Source: Macrostomum lignano
Taxonomy: Eukaryota
Length of the DNA stretch: 64,000 nt
Assembly: GCA_002269645.1 (NCBI GenBank)
Contig: NIVC01001984.1
Location: 152,061-216,060, forward strand
Direction: 5' to 3'
Position numbers and translations under genes: made by a program
Notes under the pieces: generated by a model
Database searches by the model: none
What the model saw: only the letters and a program-made list of their open reading frames with translations
What the model was told of the DNA's origin: nothing
Shown here: positions 1 to 12,864 of the stretch, piece by piece
Layout: every line of letters starts with the position of its first letter
How positions within the stretch are numbered: the first letter of the stretch is position 1

Positions 1-201
1 ATTATAAGCATATACCTACATGTATTTTAGGTATAAATTGTTAAATTTGCTACTTATAAACGTTTATGAGTAGGATATTTTGATTAGAGACGGAATAATT
101 GATAATGTATATTATTACGAGTTTGCATAAATTAGAACATTACATCATTCCATGCATGGTAGACAGTAACATGGATATTAACTGTTAAATAACTAATGTG
201 A

Positions 202-458
202 CCCAGACATCCTGGGTGATACCTGTTAGACATCCTGGATGATACCTGTCAGACATCCAGGGTGATACCTGTTAGACATCCTGGATGATACCTGTCAGAC
301 ATCCAGGGTGATACCTGTTAGACATCCTGGATGATACCTGTCAGACACCCAGGGTGATACCTGTTAGACATCCTGGATGATACCTGTCAGACACCCAGGG
401 TGATACCTGTTAGACATCCAGGGTGATACCTGTTAGACATCCAGGGTGATACCTGTTC
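202..458. repeat. 23-bp minisatellite GATACCTGTTAGACATCC(AGGGT/TGGAT)
   Basis: About 11 units; two variants alternate in part of the array. Confidence 0.9.
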
Positions 459-639
459 GACTTTGCGGGTGGCATCTGCTACACATCAAAGGTGATACCC
501 CATAGATGCAAAGGTTGGCACCTGTTTGAAATTAAAAGCAATAACTATTAATCATCAATGTTGTGTATTCGTAAAACGTACAACGTTCAGCAGCAGTTTC
601 TGGCTACCGCTTCTCCCCTCTCAATTAAATTTCATTCAG

Positions 640-996
640 CGCGAATCCGACCGGAGCTCAAAAACGGCTACTCCGCCGCCTTCGTTCTCCGCTGCTGCGG
701 CTCCAGTCGCTGCTGCCGCGGCCGTCGCCGCCCCTGCCGCTGCCGCTGCTCCAACTTCTTCGGCCAGTCCACCCGCTTATCCGACCCCTCAGCAGCAGCA
801 GCAGCAACAACCGAAGTCGCAGCCACCGCCGAAGGAGCAGCAGCAACAACAGAAGCAGAAGAGCAACGGCGGCGATCCAGTTGGCGACGTTAGCCTTGAA
901 GAAGTTCGCAGCCGAATCGGTCAAAACAAGCGCAACCAAGTGAAGATGAATAGCGGCACCTTCTCGGAGAAGTATAGCATGTTCGAGTCGCTCTAA
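640..996 (+). CDS. Probable terminal coding exon (118 aa, Ala/Pro/Gln-rich, ends TFSEKYSMFESL*) of a gene starting upstream of the window
   Basis: Acceptor-like ttcattcag|CGC at 639/640 in frame with ORF 526..996; GC-rich codons like the other genes; no upstream partner exon recognised in 1-640. Confidence 0.5.
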   Translation, partial: RESDRSSKTATPPPSFSAAAAPVAAAAAVAAPAAAAAPTSSASPPAYPTPQQQQQQQPKSQPPPKEQQQQQKQKSNGGDPVGDVSLEEVRSRIGQNKRNQVKMNSGTFSEKYSMFESL

Positions 997-1065
997 CTGT
1001 CTAGATTGATATTATTTGAACAACCTAACACCGACTTCACAATTGGGTTGGAGTTTTATTGCAAA

Positions 1066-1380
1066 TGGAGTGGGGTGGTTGTGCGTGCGCGAGGGTTTTA
1101 TAGCCAGGGGAGTGGGGTGGTTGTGCGTGCGCGAGGGTTTTATAGTCAGGGGAGTGGGGTGGCTGTGCGTGCGCGAGGGTTTTATAGCCAGGGGAGTGGG
1201 GTGGTTGTGCGTGCGCGAGGGTTTTATAGCCAGGGAGTGGGGTGGCTGTGCGTGCGCGAGGGTTTTATAGCCAGGGAGTGAGGTGTCTGTGCGTGCGCAG
1301 GGAGTTTTATAGTCACGGGAGTGGGGTGTTTGTAACGTCCAGAGGAGGTTTTACAGCCAGGGAAGTGGGGTGGTACCCAC
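1066..1380. repeat. 42-bp minisatellite GGAGTGGGGTGGTTGTGCGTGCGCGAGGGTTTTATAGCCAGG
   Basis: Five good units followed by decayed units. Confidence 0.9.
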
Positions 1381-1935
1381 AACAACCGTTCGTGGGGGAG
1401 GGGTATTATGGGAGTAGGTTTTTTAAGTGTGCTCGAGGGGGGTTTATGCCCAATTCTTTTGTCCATGTGCTACTTTTGAAACTCGTTTATTAATTAATAG
1501 CTATTACTAAAAAGCCGATATGCTACACGATAATTACTCTAAATGTATCCGATAAGTCTGGCAAAGCACATTTTATAACTGTATTCAAAGTCTTTGATGA
1601 TATTTCACTACACAACTTGAAGTTCTGCAATCAAAGTACTGCAGCTTTTGCCCTAGTTTCCGAACGCTTTGGAAAGCCATGTACTTTTCTTTGTTGTTTC
1701 GAGTTACCGTTCCAACTCTGGATGTATTGACTGCAACGTAACTAGACTAAATATTGTGCCAATTAAAGAACAAAAAAATCGAACCTAATAATGCATATAA
1801 ATTTTCCATTAAAACTATTCTGCTGCAAAATGACTACTAAAGCACTTGTAAAACATTATTTTCAGCAATATAAACACTTCAATTGATTGTCGAGGCCGCT
1901 TAAATGTGAACGAAACATGGATTGGTTAATAAAGA

Positions 1936-2158
<223 letters not shown>

Positions 2159-2819
2159 GCACAAATTAGCTCATAACAATCAGAGAAGAACTTATACCTT
2201 TTTACTCTGGCTTCTCTCCATCTACTTACCGCAGAGAACGCACGGCTCGCAAGCAGATTAAACCCACGCCATCTCAGGTGCTAGAAGCTGTACATGTAGC
2301 ATTTTAGCCAGCCTGGTGGCAACAAGCGGAGGAAAGCAGTTAAAAAGTAGCTGCAAAGCAGGTGCACCGCGCAGCTGTCCAAATTCTTCCCCGGGAATAT
2401 TTGCTCTGCCATATTGCACCGCTGCATCGAGTGTTTCCAGCCTCACAGCTCTCCACTCTGCATCCCTTCCTAACAAGACTCATCAGGCGGGTCGTCTGTC
2501 GCAGAAACCCCCCCCCCCTGACTCAAACTAGCCCTTCTAGGTGCCTTCTCACGTCTCACTCAGTTATCCCCTGTCATCATCTCTCTTCCCTCTTATTTTT
2601 CCTTTTGCGATTCAATCTGCTTCTAGCTTTGAAGGCCGAAGACGTTTCATTGGTCAGGAGGCCTTTGCCCCTCCGCTCCCCTTCAATATCTTTTCTGTAT
2701 GCAGCACGCAAGCAGTTTTCTGTTTAAAGACACACAAGATCGACTCTTTAACGAACTCGGCAACAAAGGAGACTTGTCAGTCCAAGCATTTCGACCGCAT
2801 TCACAGCTAGTAAAACACA

Positions 2820-4175
2820 ATGAGCAACGAGACTGGCTGCATCACCATGGAGTACCTCACCTCACCTCACTTCATCGCTCAGACCTGCAGTCTCGGCATT
2901 GTCAACATCATCATCATATTCGGGAACATCCTGGTTGTGCTGGCCGCCTGCACATCGGCGAAGCTGCAGACCGCTCTGACCAGCACGTTCGTGGTGAGTT
3001 TGGCCACCAGCGACCTTCTGCTGGGCCTCCTGGTACTGCCGTTCTCCATCGCCTACCAGGTGCTTCTGAAGCATTGGATCTTCAGCAGATGGTGGTGTCA
3101 AATCTGGTTGGCCGTAGACGTGTGGACCTGCACTGCCTCGATCCTGAACCTGGTTGTCATCAGCCTAGACCGCTACCTGAGCCTGCGTCACCCGCTGAAG
3201 TATCCGAAGCTGATGAACCGGCGTCGAGCACGACTTCTAGTTGCTAGCGTCTGGATTCTGGCCTTCGCCATCAGCCTGCCAACCCTGTTCAAACTGTTCC
3301 TGCAGAACTCCTCACTGACTGATGAAAGCTCCGATTCCAGCAGCAACAGCAGCAGCAGCAATGAAAGCTTGCTGTGCCTAGACTTGGGTCAGCAGTGCAC
3401 CATCGCGCACAGCACGCCTCTGTACATCGTCTACTCCGCCCTGGGCTCCTTCTTCCTTCCCCTGCTGGTCATGATCTACTTCTACTTGCACATCTTCGCC
3501 TCAGTGCACCGGACTCTCAAAGCCGGACGCAGGGGCGTCTTGGCCAGCCGAGAGAGCGCCGCTCAACACGGAGAGCTGCGAATCCACCGAGGCGGCGGCG
3601 GCGGAGGCACCTCGTCCGGAGCAGCGAACTACAGCGGAGGCGCTGGAGTCTCCATCGTCAGTCGACGGGTCCGCTTGGTAAAGAACTCGCAGCAGCAGCA
3701 GCAGCAGCAGCAGCAGAATCTGCAGGTGCCTCCGGCCGCCAACACCAGCCGCAAGGCTTCATGGAACACCCTGATCAACGTGGCCACAAAGTACGCCCCG
3801 TTCTCCGGTCGCTACGGACGCGAACTGAAAGCGGCTCGAATGCTGGCAATCATCTGTGTCACGTTCATTGGCTGCTGGGCCCCGTTCTTCTCGGTGTACT
3901 TGTTCGGCGCCTTCTGCCAGGACTGCGTTGCTCCACTGACCTTTGATGTCTGCTTCTGGTTGGGCTACGTCAATAGCGCGCTGAATCCGTTTATCTACGC
4001 GCTGTTCTCGGCGGATTACCGGCGAGCGTTCAAGACGCTGGTGCTGCGAAGGCAGCGCAGAGCCTATCAAACCATCCGCCAACTGGCTCGGGGCGGCCTG
4101 CGAGGCATCGAGGTGGTGACGGCTGCTCAGGCCACGGCGACAGCCTCGTTTAGCCTGGCTGGGAAAAGTAGTTAA
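2820..4175 (+). CDS. Intronless class A biogenic-amine GPCR, octopamine alpha/OAMB-like (451 aa)
   Basis: Seven hydrophobic helices; TM3 WLAVDVWTCTASILNL with amine-binding Asp and DRY; TM5 YSALGSFFLP; LRIHRGG in ICL3 as in OAMB/Dop1R2-type receptors; TM6 CWAPFF; TM7 WLGYVNSALNPFIY. Ligand is inferred. Confidence 0.93.
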   Translation: MSNETGCITMEYLTSPHFIAQTCSLGIVNIIIIFGNILVVLAACTSAKLQTALTSTFVVSLATSDLLLGLLVLPFSIAYQVLLKHWIFSRWWCQIWLAVDVWTCTASILNLVVISLDRYLSLRHPLKYPKLMNRRRARLLVASVWILAFAISLPTLFKLFLQNSSLTDESSDSSSNSSSSNESLLCLDLGQQCTIAHSTPLYIVYSALGSFFLPLLVMIYFYLHIFASVHRTLKAGRRGVLASRESAAQHGELRIHRGGGGGGTSSGAANYSGGAGVSIVSRRVRLVKNSQQQQQQQQQNLQVPPAANTSRKASWNTLINVATKYAPFSGRYGRELKAARMLAIICVTFIGCWAPFFSVYLFGAFCQDCVAPLTFDVCFWLGYVNSALNPFIYALFSADYRRAFKTLVLRRQRRAYQTIRQLARGGLRGIEVVTAAQATATASFSLAGKSS

Positions 4176-4182
4176 GCAGATC

Positions 4183-4824
4183 AGTGGCGTACGCAGCAGG
4201 GGAGGGTCAGCGGTCCGCGGCCCTCCCCCCATAAAAACTCACTCCCCCGAAACTACCATTAATGAAAAAGGCAACCAAACTGAACGACTGACAGTCGTAG
4301 GTCAACTTCGACCAACTCTTGGGCCTGGCCTCCATGAGACAGGGATGCCTCCATGAGACAGGGATGCCTCCATGAGACAGGGATGCCTCCATGAGACAGG
4401 GATGCCTCCATGAGACAGGGATGCCTCCATGAGACAGGGATGCCTCCAAGAGACAGGGATGCCTCCATGAGACAGGAATGCCTCCATGAGACAGGGATGC
4501 CTCCATGAGACAGGGATGCCTCCATGAGACAGGGATACCTCCAAGAGACAGGGATACCTCCATGAGACAGCGATGCCCACCAAGAGACAGGGATGCCTTC
4601 ATGAGACAGGGATGCCTCCATGAGACAGGGATGCCTCCAAGAGACAGGGATGCCTCCATGAGACAGGGATGCCTCCAAGAGACAGGGATGCCTCCATGAG
4701 ACAGGGGTGCCCACCAAGAGACAGGGGCGCCCACCAAGAGACAAGGGCGCCAACAATGAGACATCAAATATTGTCACCACTTTGGGTTGCAGCCCCTCCA
4801 ATTAAAATTTCTGCGTAAGCCACT
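4183..4824. mobile_element. MITE-like non-autonomous DNA transposon (14-bp TIR) carrying an internal minisatellite
   Basis: AGTGGCGTACGCAG (4183-4196) vs CTGCGTAAGCCACT (4811-4824), 13/14 inverted match; G/C-rich subterminal segments; no clear TSD. Confidence 0.6.
4328..4760. repeat. 19-bp minisatellite GCCTCCATGAGACAGGGAT
   Basis: About 22 units, decaying at the right end. Confidence 0.95.
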
Positions 4825-5108
4825 AAGGGAGAAAGTTGCTAACAGAGTCTACTTGAGAAGTACTCAAACTTGTTGAGACAGTTCTTTTAAAACAAGACAA
4901 AATATTTTGATTTCAATTGACAAAGAAATCCGTTGTCTCGTATCGCACAAATTCTCTGAAATATGTAACTTTTTTACTTTGTTTTCCTGCACGCGAAATA
5001 TGTCAATTGCTTGTACTTTTCTTGCTGTCGTCTTTAAACTTGACTCATTTTATCATCATGTTTAGTTGACTAATTTTAGTCTATCTTTGACTTATTCTCA
5101 CCTATCTA

Positions 5109-5940
5109 ATGACTCATTCTCGTGTGTTCCTGACTCATTCTGATGTGTTCCTGACTCATTCTGATGTGTTCCTGACTCATTCTGATGTGTTCATGACTCA
5201 TTCTGATGTGTTCCTGACTCATTCTGATGTGTTCCTGACTCATTCTGATGTGTTCCTGACTCATTCTGATGTGTTCCTGACTCATTCTCATGTGTTCCTG
5301 ACTCATTCTGATGTGTTCATGACTCATTCTGATGTGTTCCTGACTCATTCTGATGTGTTCCTGACTCATTCTCGTGTGTTCCTGACTCATTCTGATGTGT
5401 TCCTGACTCATTCTCATGTGTTCCTGACTCATTCTCATGTGTTCCTGACTCATTCTCGTGTGTTCCTGACTCATTCTCATGTGTTCCTGACTCATTCTGA
5501 TGTGTTCCTGACTCATTCTCATGTGTTCCTGACTCATTCTCGTGTGTTCCTGACTCATTCTGATGTGTTCCTGACTCATTCTCATGTGTTCCTGACTCAT
5601 TCTCATGTGTTCCTGACTCATTCTGATGTGTTCCTGACTCATTCTCATGTGTTCCTGACTCATTCTCGTGTGTTCCTGACTCATTCTGATGTGTTCCTGA
5701 CTCATTCTGATGTGTTCCTGACTCATTCTGATGTGTTCATGACTCATTCTCATGTGTTCCTGACTCATTCTCGTGTGTTCCTGACTCATTCTGATGTGTT
5801 CCTGACTCATTCTGATGTGTTCATGACTCATTCTCGTGTGTTCCTGACTCATTCTGATGTGTTCATGACTCATTCTCGTGTGTTCCTGACTCATTCTCGC
5901 CTGTTCCTGACTCTTTATCACATGTTCTTGACTCATTCTC
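5109..5940. repeat. 21-bp minisatellite TGACTCATTCTGATGTGTTCC
   Basis: About 39 units with a few recurrent variants. Confidence 0.95.
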
Positions 5941-6279
5941 AATTTTGTTTTAAATCTTGTCTGACTCAAAATTTTGTATCAATATCTGTGAAGTTAAAAA
6001 ATTTTTACCTTTTTTAAAAAATATTACTTTTCAAAAAAGATTATTCAATTTTTTTGCACCACAACATCGATCTTTTTCGATCAACAAGCTAAAAATATTT
6101 ACAAAAATTTCTATATAAAATGCACAAACCTACATTCTGCAGACACATAGCAATATACCATAATCGATCATTTTCGTTGTAAAGAAAAAATGTTTTGAAA
6201 AAATATCGAATTGGGATTAAAATTCGAGTTCTGCTGTTATTTTCCGCAGATTGCGTCTAAACAACCGTCTCAACTGGCG

Positions 6280-7705
6280 TCATGGCGCCACTCTCAACTG
6301 AAATGGCGCCCCTCTCAACTGAAATGGCGCCACTCTCAACTGAAATGGCGTCACTCTCAACTGAAATGGCGCCACTCTCAACTGAAATGGCGTCACTCTC
6401 AACTAAAATGGCGCCACTCTCAACTGAAATGGCGTCACTCTCAACTAAAATGGCGCCACTCTCAACTGAAATGGCGCCACTCTCAACTGAAATGGCGTCA
6501 CTCTCAACTGAAATGGCGCCACTCTCAACTGAAATGGCGTCACTCTCAACTAAAATGGCGCCACTCTCAACTGAAATGGCGCCACTCTCAACTGAAATGG
6601 CGCCACTCTCAACTGACATGGCGCCACTCTCAACTGACATGGCGACACTCTCAACTGACATGGCGCCACTCTCAAATGACATGGCGCCACTCTCAACTGA
6701 AATGGCGCCACTCTCAACTGACATGGCGCCACTCTCAACTGACATGGCGCCACTCTCAACTGACATGGCGACACTCTCAACTGACATGGCGCCACTCTCA
6801 ACTGAAATGGCGCCACTCTCAACTGACATGGCGCCACTCTCAACTGACATGGCGCCACTCTCAACTGAAATGGCGCCACTCTCAACTGACATGGCGCCAC
6901 TCTCAACTGAAATGGCGCCACTCTCAACTGAAATGGCGCCACTCTCAACTGACATGGCGCCACTCTCAACTGACATGGCGCCACTCTCAACTGACATGGC
7001 GCCACTCTCAACTGAAATGGCGCCACTCTCAACTGACATGGCGCCACTCTCAACTGAAATGGCGCCACTCTCAACTGAAATGGCGCCACTCTCAACTGAC
7101 ATGGCGCCACTCTCAACTGACATGGCGCCACTCTCAAATGACATGGCGCCACTCTCAACTAAAATGGCGCCACTCTCAACTGACATGGCGCCACTCTCAA
7201 CTGAAATGGCGCCACTCTCAACTGACATGGCGCCACCCAAAACTGAAATGGCGCCACTCTCAACTAAAATGGTGCCACTCTCAACTGACATGGCGCCACT
7301 CTTAAATGACATGGCGCCACTCTCAACTAAAATGGTGCCACTCTCAACTGACATGGCGCCACTCTTAAATGACATGGCGCCACTCTCAACTAAAATGGTG
7401 CCACTCTCAACTGACATGGCGCCACTCTTAAATGACATGGTGCCACTCTCAACTGACATGGCGCCACTCTCAACTAAAATGGCGCCACTCTCAAATGACA
7501 TGGTGCCACTCTCAACTGACATGGTGCCACTCTCAACTGAAATGGCGCCACTCTCAAATGACATGGCGCCACTCTCAACTGAAATGGCGCCACTCTCAAC
7601 TGACATGGCGCCACTCTCAACTGAAATGGCGCCACTCTCAAATGACATGGCGCCACCCAAAACTGAAATGGCGCCACTCTCAACTAAAATGGCGCCACTC
7701 TTAAC
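6280..7705. repeat. 21-bp minisatellite ATGGCGCCACTCTCAACTGA(A/C)
   Basis: About 68 units; variants change gradually along the array. Confidence 0.95.
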
Positions 7706-8234
7706 TTTCTGAATTTGAAATTTGAGATATTCTGAAATATGACGAGACGGCAACGCCAGTTCTTTATGAAGTCGCATCTGCTGTTGCGCTGGCTATTTGG
7801 CAGAGAATTTCCGATTCGATCTGCCCAGGGTAACAGGATTCTCTCCTACGCTGACCAAGTAAGTTCGCGGTTAATCCCGACAAAACACTCCTCGACGATT
7901 ACTGGAGCGTGTAAAAAGAGTTAGCAGGACCCGAGTCGGCCTCTCTTTGCCAAGAAACTCTGCGCTGGTCACTTCGTGCATTTGAGCAAGAATATCTCAC
8001 CCTTGGGGGATCAGGGTGAGATGAGGAAGATGGGGAGAGAGGGAGAGAGAAAGACAGGCAGCTCGGCATAAAAATTAGCCTCATCCTTGTGAGCAGTCCA
8101 GCCTCCTCCCCCCCTCGACAGATGAGGCAGCTGACAGTGAGAACTGCAAAAAACAGTCCCATGTAGCTTAACTAATTTAGTGAGGGGTGAGGGGTTGGGT
8201 TTAGGAGATGAGGCCTAGCATCTTCCGTTACTAT

Positions 8235-8815
8235 GGAGATGGAGCTTGAGACGGAGAAGGAGACAGAAGAGAGAGATAGAGAGTGAGACAGTGAGATGGA
8301 GAGGGAGACAAAAGGAAGAGATAGAGCGTGAGACGGTGAGATGGGGAGAGAGAGGGAGAGATAGAGAGTGAGACAGTGAGATGGAGAGGGAGAGAGAGGG
8401 GGAGATAGAGAGTGAGACAGTGAGATGGAGAGGGAGAGAGAGGGGGAGATAGAGAGTGAGACAGTGAGATGGAGAGGGAGAGAGAGGGGGAGATAGAGAG
8501 TGAGACGATGAGATGGAGAGGGAGAGAGAGGGGGAGATAGAGAGTGAGACAGTGAGATGGAAAGGGAGACAAAAGGAAGAGATAGAGCGTGAGACGGTGA
8601 GATGGGGAGAGAGAGGGAGAGATAGAGAGTGAGACAGTGAGATGGAGAGGGAGAGAGAGGAGAGAGGAGAGAGTGAGATAGAGAGGGAGAGAGTGGAGAG
8701 AGGAGGAAGTGAGATGGAGAGGGAGAGAGGAGAGAGGAGAGAGTGAGATGGAGAGGGAGAGAGAGGAGAGAGGAGAGAATGAGATGGAGAGGGAGAGAGG
8801 AGAGACAATGAGAGT
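8235..8815. repeat. GA-rich purine tract with internal ~43-bp repeats
   Basis: Repeated GAGATAGAGAGTGAGACAGTGAGATGGAGAGG units. Confidence 0.85.
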
Positions 8816-9214
8816 GAGGTGCTCAGGCTTGAATATCCGTCAGTCAAGAAGCATATCACGACAAGAGTCTGTTTTACTTACACTGCAGTTGACAGTAAAA
8901 ACTTTAGAAAAATAAAAGAGCTTCTAAGTGGTCTTCAAAACAGAACAGAGCTAGCAGAACAGTAGAAGATTTCAGAGTGATTTGCTTGTTGAAACGATTC
9001 AAAATTACCCCTTTGAGCTGGTTCGCTTTGCTACCTTAAGTGTCTCTCAAGATATGCGGGCATTCTTGGATTTTCAGTAGGCATTTCTATGAAACTCATA
9101 CTTTTTCTTTTAATCGTCAGCTTTAAGGCCAGTGGGTGAACTTACTGCTGTTTATTTGTATAAGGTTAAAAACCCCTAGCTTTTCTAACAAGTTAAACAC
9201 TCCTCTTTTATAAC

Positions 9215-9975
9215 AGGCTAACTAACCCTCGTGTCTAACAGGTTAAACATCACTCATGTCTAACAGGTTAAACATCACTCATGTCTAACAGGTTAAACAT
9301 CACTCATGTCTAACAGGTTAAACATCACTCATGTCTAACAGGTTAAACATCACTCATGTCTAACAGGTTAAACATCACTCATGTCTAACAGGTTAAACAT
9401 CACTCATGTCTAACAGGTTAAACATCACTCATGTCTAACAGGTTAAACATCACTCATGTCTAACAGGTTAAACATCACTCATGTCTAACAGGTTAAACAT
9501 CACTCATGTCTAACAGGTTAAACATCACTCATGTCTAACAGGTTAAACATCACTCATGTCTAACAGGTTAAACATCACTCATGTCTAACAGGTTAAACAT
9601 CACTCATGTCTAACAGGTTAAACATCACTCATGTCTAACAGGTTAAACATCACTCATGTCTAACAGGTTAAACATCACTCATGTCTAACAGGTTAAACAT
9701 AACTCATGTCTAACAGGTTAAACATAACTCATGTCTAACAGGTTAAACACCATCGTGTCTAACAGGTTAAACACCATCGTGTCTAACAGGTTAAACACCT
9801 CTCGTCTCTAACAGGTTTAACATCCCTCGTGTCTAAAAGATTTAACACCACTCGTGTCAAACAGATTAAACAATCCTCGTATCTAACAGGCTAACTAACC
9901 CTCGTGTCTAACAGGTCAAACATCTCTCGTGTCTAACAGGTCAAACATCTCTCGTGTCTAACAGGTTAAACACCG
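9215..9975. repeat. 25-bp minisatellite GTCTAACAGGTTAAACATCACTCAT
   Basis: About 30 units, homogeneous centre and decayed edges. Confidence 0.95.
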
Positions 9976-10450
9976 CCTCAAAGCAACGATAACATCCTAA
10001 AAAGCAGCATATACTCCATCCATCTATGCAAGACAGCAGATGCAATGGGAAGTCTAATGGGAACATTGCGTGCCGCCCCTAGCCCGCCAGCCACTTTGTA
10101 ATTAACGCTGCAAAATTAGCGTTGCTGACGCTGAGACTCAAGAGAGATCATTAGCAAAATTGATGTCGCTGAAGCGTGAGTTCAGGTGGAGAAAAACTAT
10201 GACTTTCTGCAGCTGACGGACGGTTTTTGAGACTCAGGGAGAAAATGAGAAAAACAGAAGGCCATGTGCAACTCTTTCCAGTACTCACCTTTCCTTATTT
10301 TTTGCATGATAATTCCTGGAAAATGCTGACAGCTGGCTGTTCGACACACACGACTTGACTATGATAATAACTCAATAAGAGATGCTAGTGAAAGTAGACT
10401 TAAGAGAGGTAGACTCAAAAAAGAGAAAGGTAGACTAATAGGAGTGTGAG

Positions 10451-10916
<466 letters not shown>

Positions 10917-11052
10917 GGAGAGAAAGAGTGAGAGAGAGAGAGAGAGAAAGAGAGAGACTCACAACTGAGAGAAGTAGACTCACAAGACAGACGTAGAATC
11001 AAGAAGAATATTCCAACTTTAGAACAAGCAAGTATAGTTTAAGGATTCTCAT

Positions 11053-11500
11053 ATCAACCGGCTGTCTAGCATGTGCAACCGGCTGTCTAGCATGTGCAAC
11101 CGGCTGTCTAGCATGTGCAACTGGCTGTCTAGCATGTGCAACTGGCTGTCTAGCATGTGCAACTGGCTGTCTAGCATGTGCAACTGGCTGTCTAGCATGT
11201 GCAACTGGCTGTCTAGCATGTGCAACCGGCTGTCTAGCATGTGCAACTGGCTGTCTAGCATGTGCAACCGGCTGTCTAGCATGTGCAACTGGCTGTCTAG
11301 CATGTGCAACCGGCTGTCTAGCATGTGCAACTGGCTGTCTAGCATGTGCAACCGGCTGTCTAGCATGTGCAACTGGCTGTCTAGCATGTGCAACCGGCTG
11401 TCTAGCATGTGCAACCGGCTGTCTAGCATGTGCAACCGGCTGTCTAGCATGTGCAACTGGCTGTCTAGCATGTGCAACTGGCTGTCTAGCATGTGCAACT
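11053..11500. repeat. 21-bp minisatellite CAAC(C/T)GGCTGTCTAGCATGTG
   Basis: About 21 units. Confidence 0.95.
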
Positions 11501-11716
11501 GACCAGCATGCCCACACTTAGGCAGAGCTGTCGGCTTTATTATCACTGGATCAAAAAGCTAACAAGAGTGCAGCTGTCTCTCTTCTCTCCATCTGCAGAA
11601 TCTGCTGAAGACTGCAATCATCATCCCTTCATTACTGTTAGCGTAACGCGAACCTACCTCACCTACACTGGGAGCTTATTAGCCTTAGTATCCCTGTGTT
11701 GCCTTTTCTTCTACAG

Positions 11717-11892
11717 CGGCTATCCTCTATATTATTCACGACTCATCCGGCGCACGGTGCAACTGCCCTGACCCGGCTGAAGATATAAAGGATGCCGTCA
11801 GCTCATCAATTACCGAATTAGAGACTGTCGGAGAGGGGTTTGAAAGGCGGATGGGAGGAGAAGATAATAATAGGGGATGCCGGATTCTGTGA
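11717..11892 (+). CDS. Possible terminal exon ending in a CaaX-like motif (RGCRIL*)
   Basis: Acceptor ccttttcttctacag| at 11716; phase-1 frame AILYIIHDSSG...DNNRGCRIL then TGA TAG. Upstream exons not established. Confidence 0.25.
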
Positions 11893-11943
11893 TAGGGGCT
11901 CGGCTGCATGGGGATTGCTGAGGTCACGGTGACGGACTCACTA

Positions 11944-12220
<277 letters not shown>

Positions 12221-12864
12221 CATGGATTTCACAATCCAGTGCCTAGTAAAATTCTGGTGGCAACTCCATCACCAGATGTCTCGCTCTTAGTAAGCCACAA
12301 ACAGCGCGCTATATGCGATTAAATCTTTAGCTGGATTCGAATTACCGCCAAAAATTCAATCGATCCTATGTTATTCCGCCTTTATTCAGTATTTATCTAA
12401 TTTCAATGATCGCTGATTTTTTTAATTTGAATACGAGGGTTTCCCTGTGAAAAATCCATTCTCGAGTTGCGATGCATATCACAGGGGCTGTGGTGTATTT
12501 CCTTTCAGATGACGGCTTCCATTGATGTAATTGACGGTGTAAAATTGCTTATTTAAAACTATCAGCTCAGAATCAGACAAATATCTGCATATAGTTCGAA
12601 ATAAAATGTTAAAATTATTAAAGTAAAACAGAAAAAAATTATTTTATTGATTTCCATGCAAAAAGGCAGACGGTTTCTTTTTTACTTATTCATTTACCCA
12701 GTCACGTATGGCTGGGGATTAATGGGGAAAAAACAAAAAAATCATTCAGTTTTAAATCCAAAGAATCTTTTCTTAAATCCAGTTTCAGTAGGAAAAACTT
12801 CATCGCAATATTATTTTCTTCTTGAAGCCAGCCGCCGCTACAGTCAGGGTTTCTTCGCGTCCGA

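Noticed and set aside
2699-4232. Alternative-frame and antisense ORFs overlapping the GPCR
   Set aside because: Shadow ORFs of a GC-rich coding sequence; no motifs.
4207-7777. Long ORFs (up to 506 aa) over the 19- and 21-bp arrays
   Set aside because: Open in several frames on both strands because the units lack stops; this is repeat translation, not evidence of coding.
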